A DNA stretch of 63,580 nt, filler included, from Candidatus Woesearchaeota archaeon (GTDB taxonomy: Archaea > Nanobdellota > Nanobdellia > Woesearchaeales > CAZJJJ01), in NCBI GenBank assembly GCA_046538795.1. It is 3 parts of 3 records of this genome, joined end to end, with 100 filler letters (N's around TTAATTAATTAA, not from the genome) between each part and the next. Parts side by side here need not be neighbours in the genome. Positions count along the whole stretch, not along the records: positions 1 to 22,011 come from JBKHIF010000018.1; 2 more parts are not named here. One strand, written 5' to 3'. A program made the translations under genes and the position numbers. Positions 1 to 7,693 of the stretch are shown one piece after another (the first letter of the stretch is position 1; each line of letters opens with the position of its first letter). The notes beneath the pieces are model-generated. The model made no database searches. It saw only the letters and a program-made list of their open reading frames with translations, and was not told where the DNA came from.

Positions 1-5
1 TGTCT

Positions 6-59
6 GTCGAAACTTGTTTCGACCAAGGGTTAGTGCAACGTTCGGCAAAGCCGAAGCCC
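6..59. repeat. Bulged-hairpin intergenic element, copy 1 (candidate cassette recombination site)
   Basis: GTCGAAAC/GTTTCGAC hairpin (6-23), then GGGT-[TAGTGCAACG]-TTCGGC-AAA-GCCGAA-GCCC; 16-mer TTAGTGCAACGTTCGG (30-45) is identical to 657-672. Confidence 0.7.
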
Positions 60-72
60 GCAGAGTTTTATT

Positions 73-333
73 TTAAGCCCGTCTTTTGTATATTTTTTTT
101 CTATGACCAACATCAATTACATGAATTATTAACTTGTTTTCAATAATGTCCATGATTACTCGATAATCTCCTACTCGTAATCTGAAATACTTTGATCCTA
201 CAAGTTTTTTAACATGGCTATGAGGTCTTATCTGACATCTTTTTATCGTAGAAATAATTCTATCTTGAACATCTAAAGGAAGTTTACTTAATTGTTTATC
301 TGCAAAATCTGAAAAAGTTACTTCATAACTCAT
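73..333 (-). CDS. relE: RelE/ParE-family type II toxin
   Basis: 86 aa, basic, MSYEVTFS start and YFRLRVGDYRVI motif; overlaps the upstream small gene by 4 nt. Confidence 0.9.
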   Translation of the reverse strand: MSYEVTFSDFADKQLSKLPLDVQDRIISTIKRCQIRPHSHVKKLVGSKYFRLRVGDYRVIMDIIENKLIIHVIDVGHRKKIYKRRA

Positions 334-551
334 CTTTTTAATCTCGCTTCAACTTCTGCAAGAGTTTTAACTCTTCCTGCTTTAATATCTTCTTCAGATT
401 TTCTAATGTTTTCTAATGTTTGTTGAGATAATTCCATGGTGTCTTCTAATAAATCTCTGATTATGTCTTCATAACTTTCTTTATCATACATTTTACGAGA
501 TTTTAAATCTTCTAGCAAATCTTTACTTACTTGTATAGTTGTTGCAGTCAT
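330..551 (-). CDS. Cognate antitoxin (RHH-type N-terminus, acidic)
   Basis: 73 aa, TTIQVSKD...ESYEDII N-terminus and EEDIKAGRVKTLAEV C-terminus; directly upstream of relE. Confidence 0.85.
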   Translation of the reverse strand: MTATTIQVSKDLLEDLKSRKMYDKESYEDIIRDLLEDTMELSQQTLENIRKSEEDIKAGRVKTLAEVEARLKR

Positions 552-637
552 AGAATATATATAAGGTGCTATAGTATATAAATATTTCGTTTTTTTAGGG
601 CTTAAAATAAAATTAGACCTAAATTCCTGTTAGTTTC

Positions 638-716
638 CCTCGTTAGAGGTTGGATTTTAGTGCAACGTTCGGACGAAGTCCGAAAAATCCAAAGTTTTTA
701 AGTCGGCCGTTACACT
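638..716. repeat. Bulged-hairpin intergenic element, copy 2 (attC-like candidate)
   Basis: CCTC/GAGG hairpin (638-649), then TTGGATTT-[TAGTGCAACG]-TTCGGAC-GAA-GTCCGAA-AAATCCAA; AGTGCAACG (659-667) is also near-complementary to CGTTACACT (708-716). Confidence 0.7.
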
Positions 717-1000
717 TATTGTTCAAAATCCATTTCAATTCCACCAACCCATCCTGCAACTAAGTTATATAGAAAAGCGCCAATAACTCCCCCTATAAAT
801 CCAAAGATTGCATATAAAATTGGCAAAATTATTATTACTGAAAATCCAAGTCCTGCACCTAAGCCTGCTGAACCTGCGAGTGCTCCAAATGTTGCTCCAA
901 TAATTGCATATAATATTCCTGCAATTAAACCAATAAAAGCCATTAGAACAACTTGCAATTTTGCTACAGAGAGCACACCAATTCTTTTTAATTTTGCCAC
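716..1000 (-). CDS. Small two-TM membrane protein (DUF3566-like)
   Basis: LKRIGVLSVAK start, hydrophobic helices, LYNLVAGWVGGIE C-terminal motif. Confidence 0.7.
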   Translation of the reverse strand: MAKLKRIGVLSVAKLQVVLMAFIGLIAGILYAIIGATFGALAGSAGLGAGLGFSVIIILPILYAIFGFIGGVIGAFLYNLVAGWVGGIEMDFEQ

Positions 1001-1171
1001 GTTTTATACATCCTTAAAATTAAATTTATAAAGACATTAATAGCTTTTCTAAAATTTGAAACTAATCCTTGTTATGTGGGGAGACTGCAAGTCGACCGAC
1101 CGAAGGGATAGTTATTTTCAAGATATTAAACTCGTAAAATTAATAAACCTATCATATATCTGAAACCTTAT

Positions 1172-1765
1172 ATGAATGATGCAATAAAAAAACTCCTTGA
1201 TAATTATGAAAGCCCATATAAATTCAAAAGATTAATTATGGATGAATATGGTATTCCTTTATCCATATGTCAATATTCAGAATTTCTACAGTATTTGAGA
1301 AAAATTCAAAAAAAAAGAGAAAAATTATTGATGCTTGAAATTGGTGCTTATGTTGGATTATTTATAGATTTCATAAATAAGAATTTTAAAAACATTACAA
1401 TTAAAGGCATTGATAATTATGAACCTTTTACTGAATTAGCAAAAAGTAAAAAATTAAATGTATTATTGGGAGATGCACTAGAATTAAACAAATTATATGG
1501 ATCAAAGACCTTTGATATTATAATTGCTACAAACTTTTTTCATAAAGAATTGAAGAAATTTAAAACAAAAGAATCATATTTTAATTGGGTCGATAAAATT
1601 CTTGATCAAGTACTATTTGTTCTTAAACCAAAAGGTATTTTCTTTTTTGATACTGAAATCATTATGGACCCGAGCCAATTTATTAATAAAGGATTTAATA
1701 TTGATTCCTCATATTTAAATAAGGAATGTTCTAAAAAATATTTTGCATTAATTAAAAAAGAATAA
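1172..1765 (+). CDS. Class I SAM-dependent methyltransferase
   Basis: MLEIGAYVG motif I, GID, GDALEL, FDIIIA, LKPKG motifs; very AT-rich. Confidence 0.8.
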   Translation: MNDAIKKLLDNYESPYKFKRLIMDEYGIPLSICQYSEFLQYLRKIQKKREKLLMLEIGAYVGLFIDFINKNFKNITIKGIDNYEPFTELAKSKKLNVLLGDALELNKLYGSKTFDIIIATNFFHKELKKFKTKESYFNWVDKILDQVLFVLKPKGIFFFDTEIIMDPSQFINKGFNIDSSYLNKECSKKYFALIKKE

Positions 1766-2167
1766 TCTATATTATTAGTTTCATTAAATATACTTGAAAA
1801 TAATTGCACATAATCACATTATATAACCTGACGTTAGGAAGGCAAGGAAAAAGAAATGTAGTGACTGGTTCTCGAAGAGAATTTCCGAAGAGTTTTTTGC
1901 ATTTAGAGAGATATCATGAACTGCTAGGTTCATAAATGTCGCTGATAAGCCCAACCTAATATCACTCTCCATAGACATGCAAAAAATTTCATTTAATCGC
2001 CTCTATGTGAAATATGGTGGATTTATTCGAATCGGGCGGAGATTTTTTGAAATAAGAAGGTTTATTCGTAGTTTTTTTATTGTTATTGAATAATAGTTGC
2101 TTTTTGCCGAATGTTTTTCTGTTTTTTTATGAAAATTCATATTTAACTTATGTTCTTGTCTTTTTTG

Positions 2168-2488
2168 ATGGATGTTTCAGAACTTGTGCGTAAAGAAGGT
2201 CTGAGAAGAGGACTTAGCTCTAAGACTATAAAGACTTATAGGGATTGTCTGAAATTGTTTTTTAAATGGCTCAAGGATCCGTTAAAAGTCAAGAAAAGAG
2301 ATGTAAAGGATTATCTTGACATGCTTATCGAAAAAAAGGGTGCCCTAGGCAATACAATTAATGTTAATCTATGTGCAATCAAGTTTCTTTATGAAAAATA
2401 TATTAAGAAAAATAAATGGGCCCGGCCGGACTACCACAAAATTTTTGCTAAAAATTTTATAAAAAGCATGCTGGTGGGACATTCTTAA
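2168..2488 (+). pseudogene. Truncated tyrosine recombinase/integrase (N-terminal SAM-like domain only)
   Basis: RRGLSSKTIKTY...DVKDYL...NTINVNLCAIKFLY resembles the integron/Xer integrase N-domain; the ORF then reads into a duplicated tRNA flank and has no R-H-R-Y catalytic domain. Confidence 0.8.
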
Positions 2489-2559
2489 CAGAAGTCCCAC
2501 GATATAGGAATATGATCATGAAAAATATATTAAGAAAAATAAATGGGCCCGGCCGGACT
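2391..2559 (+). repeat. 42-bp perfect direct repeat (2391-2432 and 2518-2559) containing the tRNA-Val 3' end
   Basis: ATGAAAAATATATTAAGAAAAATAAATGGGCCCGGCCGGACT occurs twice, separated by 85 bp. Confidence 0.95.
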
Positions 2560-2616
2560 TGAACCGACGACATGCGCCTTGTAAGGGCGCCGTCATAGCC
2601 ACTAGACCACGAGCCC
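2544..2616 (-). tRNA. tRNA-Val(TAC)
   Basis: Reverse complement GGGCTCG...GCGCC-CT-TAC-AA-GGCGC...GGTTCAAGTCC...CGGGCCCA folds as a cloverleaf; CCA not encoded. Confidence 0.95.
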
Positions 2617-2662
2617 GTGTGATTTCAAGAAAAAACCTTAAGTCCTTTATAAAGCTTTTGTC

Positions 2663-3970
2663 TCATAATTGGGTCTTAAGACTTCTTACCCAATAAGTTG
2701 CCCTGAGAACAGGATCGTTTTTCCAAAGATCAGACGTCCAGTTGTGGTGCTCTTTATATTTTTCAGATATGGCTGCAATGATCTGCCTATACGAGATATC
2801 ATTATCCCTCATGTTTTTTATCACATAACGCAAACTCCCTGGATTAAGGAGGCGGTCATTAGGATTTCCAAATATATGCCATACTTCAGGATCTATCTTC
2901 TTCTTCCTAAAATCATCCCATGAGGCATGATTGGGTATATCCCAAAATATGTCCTGAACTTTAAGTTCAGGAATTTCATCCTGAGCTCTCTTATATATGT
3001 TCATTTCATACTGATCCTCAGGCTCCCTCACACCAAGAGAATTGGAAAATTCCCTGTGCCTGTCTGAAGTTGGAGAAAGCAGATAATCTGTTATGATAGA
3101 ACCCAGATCAGTATCAGGTATTTCTGCAGTTGTTTCTTTTGCGAGCTCCACAGCACTTTTGTACTGGTTTCTTTCATCCTGACGTATCTTTACTCTTTCC
3201 TCCAAAGGAAGACCTGTAACCGGAAGAGTTACAATGGGAGGACCATGATAATTATACTTGTCGTTCATCATGAATTTCTGGTGTAATGAAAAAGCTATCC
3301 TGAATGCTCTCCTGTTAAGAAGATAACCATGCTGAGTTGTATCAAATATAGCGATCTCGTCATCATCAAACATATCAGACGTCCTCAAAAGCAAGCCAGA
3401 ATTATCCCTGAACAGATCAATCATATAATCATTGATCAAGCCAAAGGCAGTAGATGCAAGATGATCATTGAGTAGGGTTATATTTTGATACCTGTCTTGC
3501 TTTATCAAAAGCTTGTCTGCAGCAGACCACGGAACTACTCGCATGTTTCTGCCGATCTTTAGCAATGCGGAATAAGATGGTGAATTTCGCCTGACACCCA
3601 AAGTAAAATTGTAACCCTGTCCTGTCATGGTTTCTATGTAGTTAATCTTATTTCTCTTAAAGATGTCCTTTATATTTCTTCTGAGAGGCTCAAGTTTTTC
3701 AAAGGTCTCAAGAGGATTATGGAATATCTCGCCAGGAAATTTTTTGTTCCCATATTCAAGGTCAAGCACCAGCACCAACCTGTCAAAATCAAGATTGCTC
3801 CTGTGAAGATCAGAACCCTCGCCAGTAGCATCCATTATATCATTGTATCTCCTGAAACGCTTTTCAACACCAGGTCTGGGATCTGAACCCTTAACATATA
3901 CTGCACCATCCAGAAATTCAAGGATGCGGCGCATTACTGGCGTCTGATGATAATATCTTGAGAAACCCAT
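2663..3970 (-). CDS. Hypothetical protein with archaeo-eukaryotic primase (AEP)-like motifs
   Basis: LVLVLDLE (DxE), TGQGYN, and FRIAFSLHQK resembling PriS RLPGSLHGK. Confidence 0.5.
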   Translation of the reverse strand: MGFSRYYHQTPVMRRILEFLDGAVYVKGSDPRPGVEKRFRRYNDIMDATGEGSDLHRSNLDFDRLVLVLDLEYGNKKFPGEIFHNPLETFEKLEPLRRNIKDIFKRNKINYIETMTGQGYNFTLGVRRNSPSYSALLKIGRNMRVVPWSAADKLLIKQDRYQNITLLNDHLASTAFGLINDYMIDLFRDNSGLLLRTSDMFDDDEIAIFDTTQHGYLLNRRAFRIAFSLHQKFMMNDKYNYHGPPIVTLPVTGLPLEERVKIRQDERNQYKSAVELAKETTAEIPDTDLGSIITDYLLSPTSDRHREFSNSLGVREPEDQYEMNIYKRAQDEIPELKVQDIFWDIPNHASWDDFRKKKIDPEVWHIFGNPNDRLLNPGSLRYVIKNMRDNDISYRQIIAAISEKYKEHHNWTSDLWKNDPVLRATYWVRSLKTQL

Positions 3971-3971
3971 C

Positions 3972-4889
3972 CTATCTCAAACCCTCCATAGATTCCTTTG
4001 AAAGCTTCATAACCTCATAGTCTTCATCATGGATTTCCATAACTATCGGCTTGTCCTTAAGCAGTTCCATCAAAATACGATATTCATCATTGATAAATTC
4101 TCCATATAAAGGTCCATGTGTCGTCACTGGATTCTTTCCTGGTTTTTCACTAAACCCGGCTATGTGGTAAAGAACAATTTTGTCCTTGTTTCGCTCAATA
4201 AATCCACTTATATAATCTGCAAGATTTTCCCTGTCATCAGGATAACCAGCTGTCCAGTCAATATATCTTGCAGGATCTTCCCTAAGAATGCGTCTTGTAT
4301 TCCAGACATGAGGAACATCTATCGCCATCCCAACCTGATGGTATGTTGATGCCTCCCTGTGAAGCATAAGAGATTCTTCAAGTGTTGCAGGATATTTGGG
4401 GTATTCTATATTTTCAAGACATATGATGTATTCGTGACCATTATCCTGATAGTGCGGAATAAGGTTGTCTTTGAATACCTTTAAAAAATTCCTTTTTCTC
4501 TGAAGACGCTGTCCTGGATCAAGATACATGTTATTTATTGGGTGTATTACAAGACTGTCTGCTCCTGCCTCATGCGCAAAGTCCATGCTTTTTATCGTAT
4601 TAAGTATGGTGCTGTGTTTTATATGAGATTCATCAGCAGAAAGATCCTGATCTTTTGATGCTACATGTACTGATATAAACCCGATCTTATCAAGAGAGTT
4701 TCTTGCAGTATCAAGATCCCATATAAAATCATCAAGCTGAAGCTCTACTACATCTGTCTTTCCAAGAGATTCTAATGATTCTGCAAGGTCCTTATGCACG
4801 CAATCAGAAATTGCGTAACCGACCCTGAGTCCCTTTTTACCTTTCATATTAAGAAAATTGTCAAGAATATATATCACCCCTGAAATCAT
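3972..4889 (-). CDS. Xylose isomerase-like/AP endonuclease 2 TIM-barrel protein
   Basis: SVH, LVIHP, CLENI, IDVPH, YHI and VMEI metal-ligand motifs. Confidence 0.8.
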   Translation of the reverse strand: MISGVIYILDNFLNMKGKKGLRVGYAISDCVHKDLAESLESLGKTDVVELQLDDFIWDLDTARNSLDKIGFISVHVASKDQDLSADESHIKHSTILNTIKSMDFAHEAGADSLVIHPINNMYLDPGQRLQRKRNFLKVFKDNLIPHYQDNGHEYIICLENIEYPKYPATLEESLMLHREASTYHQVGMAIDVPHVWNTRRILREDPARYIDWTAGYPDDRENLADYISGFIERNKDKIVLYHIAGFSEKPGKNPVTTHGPLYGEFINDEYRILMELLKDKPIVMEIHDEDYEVMKLSKESMEGLR

Positions 4890-5000
4890 GATTCTTGAAC
4901 TGCATAAAAAGGTTTCCTTAAACAGGCGTCTGGCTTAATAAAGCAAAACATTTATTAACATAATAATTACCAATCATAAGACAGGCGAGGTGTTTTATCT

Positions 5001-5756
5001 ATGACAGGATTGATTATTATAGCTGTATTGGCGGGATTATATCTTCTTGCATCTATCAGAGTAGTTAATGAATATGAACGAGGAGTCAGATTTTTCTTCG
5101 GAAAATATATAGGAATGGTTGATCCTGGACTTAGACTTGTTCTTCCCTTACTTATGACTTGGGAAAAAGTTGACATGAGAGTAAAAGCAGTAGATGTTCC
5201 TGATCAGGATGCCATAACAAAAGATAATGTTTCAATCTCAGTCAACGCAGTTCTTTATTATAAGATATCAAGTGCAGAAAAAGCAATACTGGAAGTCGAG
5301 GATTATAACTATGCAGTTTCTCAGCTTTCCCAGACCACAATGAGAGATGTTGTCGGAGAGGTTACTCTTGACCAGCTCCTTTCACAAAGAGAGTCAATAT
5401 CTAAGAGAATTAAACAGATAGTTGATATTGCAACAGACCCATGGGGCATAAAGATTGAGAGCGTTGAACTCAAACATGTTGAACTTCCTGAAAACCTCAA
5501 AAGAGTTATCGGAAAAGAGGCAGAAGCAGAAAGAGAGAAACGTGCAGTCATAATTAAGGCAGAAGGAGAAGTTACTGCATCCCAAAACATGGCAAAAGCA
5601 GCAAACACACTTGCTGCTGCAAATGGTGCTCTTCATCTAAGAACGCTTCAGACATTGAATGATATTTCATCAGATCAAAGCAACACAATTATATTTGCTA
5701 TGCCTATTGAGATATTAAGGGCATTTGAAGGTTTTTCCAAATCAAACAAAAAATAA
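5001..5756 (+). CDS. SPFH/Band 7 (stomatin/slipin) protein
   Basis: N-terminal TM, EYERGVRF, ITKDNVS, AEAEREKRA, LRTLQTL. Confidence 0.95.
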   Translation: MTGLIIIAVLAGLYLLASIRVVNEYERGVRFFFGKYIGMVDPGLRLVLPLLMTWEKVDMRVKAVDVPDQDAITKDNVSISVNAVLYYKISSAEKAILEVEDYNYAVSQLSQTTMRDVVGEVTLDQLLSQRESISKRIKQIVDIATDPWGIKIESVELKHVELPENLKRVIGKEAEAEREKRAVIIKAEGEVTASQNMAKAANTLAAANGALHLRTLQTLNDISSDQSNTIIFAMPIEILRAFEGFSKSNKK

Positions 5757-5785
5757 GACTTAATATATAGAAATTAGAGGATATA

Positions 5786-6271
5786 ATGACTGAGAAAAAA
5801 GACATGAGAAAATACTGGGAAATAATTGAAATTCCGGTTTATGTTCTTGCCGGTTGGATCATGATCAACTTCATCATACCGCTTGGGACTATGCTAGATA
5901 ACCTGATCTACTTCCAGATTGCAAACTGGGGAATCATATTATTTGCGTTCGGCTACATTGGAAAACAGATTGCCAACAAAAAAGAAACTGCAAAAATGGC
6001 TGCAAAGCTTGGAGCTATAGCAGGTGTGATCACTGGTTTTCTAAGCGGACTTTCTTCATTGATCTCGTTCAAGATATATCCGGAACGCATGGCTTATGCA
6101 ATACAGCAAGGAGTAAGCCAGGGAGTTCCTGAAGAAACTATGGCAAGCATGATGGATATACAGCTTTATGTGGGCCTATTTACTGCACCTATTGTAAATG
6201 CGATAATAGGCGCGATAATTGCAGCAGTTGCGTTCCTTATATTCTCTAACTTCATATCCAAAAAGAAATGA
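5786..6271 (+). CDS. Four-TM membrane protein
   Basis: Hydrophobic helices, GAGG RBS, follows the SPFH gene. Confidence 0.7.
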   Translation: MTEKKDMRKYWEIIEIPVYVLAGWIMINFIIPLGTMLDNLIYFQIANWGIILFAFGYIGKQIANKKETAKMAAKLGAIAGVITGFLSGLSSLISFKIYPERMAYAIQQGVSQGVPEETMASMMDIQLYVGLFTAPIVNAIIGAIIAAVAFLIFSNFISKKK

Positions 6272-6316
6272 AGCCAAATAGAAAACAATAAAAAGATCGT
6301 AAGCAGTTTCAGGTTC

Positions 6317-7693
6317 ATGCCGATAATAAAAAACATAAAAGAACTTTCTATATCAAAAGAGAGAAAGATTGCCCTTGATCTTATAGAAGTTGGAATAAAA
6401 CGTGTCCTTCCGGATACAATAATGAAGACTTCTGTACAGTTTGATAAGCAACGAAAGATTCTTTATGTAAACTCAGACTCTTATGATGTTTCTAAAGGAA
6501 GAATATTTGTTGTAGGCGGAGGAAAAGCTTCCGGACTCATGGCAAAAACCCTTGAAAAAATAGTAGGGTCAAGAAACATAACAGAAGGTTTTGTCAACTG
6601 TAAAGATTCAGGATATATGACGAAAAAGATAAAGATAATCAAAGCAGGTCATCCACTTCCGGATTCAAAAGGAATCAAAGGCGTCCAGAAAATGTTCTCT
6701 TTAAGAGATAAGTATTTCATAACAGAGAACGACATCGTGATAGCTCTCATATCAGGAGGAGGAAGCGCGCTCATGCCACATCCTGCAGAAGGAATTAGTC
6801 TGTCTGATGAGAAGATACTTACAGAGCTTCTTTTGGGATGCGGAGCAGATATACATGAAATCAATGTTGTTAGAAAACATTGTTCAAGGATAAAGGGAGG
6901 AAATCTGGCAAGGTTCTATTCTCCTGCAAAGGTAATATCCTTGATTCTTTCAGATGTTATCGGAAATAATCTTGATATAATTGCATCAGGGCCAACCTCT
7001 CCTGACCTGAGTACGTATCAGGATGCATACAACATACTCCAAAAATACAGACTTATATCAAAAACACCAAAAAATATTATAGGGCATCTCAGAAAAGGAA
7101 TTAATCAGGAAATAGGCGAAACCGCAAAAGAACTAAAAAATGTATCCAACTACATTATAGGAGACATACATCTTGCAATAGAAACGATGAATCAAAAAGC
7201 ACTTGAGATAGGACTTCATCCCTACATAATAACCCCAAACCAGATTGGCAATACAAAAGAGATGGCATATCTTCGTGCAGCAGAGATCAAAGAAGGAAAA
7301 TACAATGGATTCAATGTCCTCCTGATAGGCGGAGAAACAACACAAAAATTGTGCAAAAACCCCGGAAAAGGAGGCAGAAATCAGCATTATACAGCAAGGA
7401 CTATGCTAGCATTAAAAGACTACAATGACAAATGGGTGTGTGCAAGCGCCGGCACTGATGGTTCTGATTTTCTTAAAGATATCGCAGGATCAATCGCAGA
7501 CAATAAAACTTATGAAGATGTGATTAAAAAAAATATCCCCTTAGAAAAATTTCTTGATTCAAACAGCAGTTATGATATTTTTAAAAAAACAGGACATTCT
7601 CTTATAAAAACGGGCGCAACCGGAACAAATGTCTGCGATCTTATGGTATATGTCCTGGGCAGCATAGGCAAAGACGATGAAAAAAAAGGATAA
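6317..7693 (+). CDS. Glycerate 2-kinase (MOFRL/DUF4147 family)
   Basis: GGGKAS, HPLPD, ISGGGSAL, SDVIG, IASGP, GGETT, GGRNQ, GTDGSD, TGTNVCD. Confidence 0.92.
   Translation: MPIIKNIKELSISKERKIALDLIEVGIKRVLPDTIMKTSVQFDKQRKILYVNSDSYDVSKGRIFVVGGGKASGLMAKTLEKIVGSRNITEGFVNCKDSGYMTKKIKIIKAGHPLPDSKGIKGVQKMFSLRDKYFITENDIVIALISGGGSALMPHPAEGISLSDEKILTELLLGCGADIHEINVVRKHCSRIKGGNLARFYSPAKVISLILSDVIGNNLDIIASGPTSPDLSTYQDAYNILQKYRLISKTPKNIIGHLRKGINQEIGETAKELKNVSNYIIGDIHLAIETMNQKALEIGLHPYIITPNQIGNTKEMAYLRAAEIKEGKYNGFNVLLIGGETTQKLCKNPGKGGRNQHYTARTMLALKDYNDKWVCASAGTDGSDFLKDIAGSIADNKTYEDVIKKNIPLEKFLDSNSSYDIFKKTGHSLIKTGATGTNVCDLMVYVLGSIGKDDEKKG

Noticed and set aside
1081..1110. Third copy of the cassette motif
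   Set aside because: Shares only AAGTCG.CCG with 700-709 and lacks the TAGTGCAACG core
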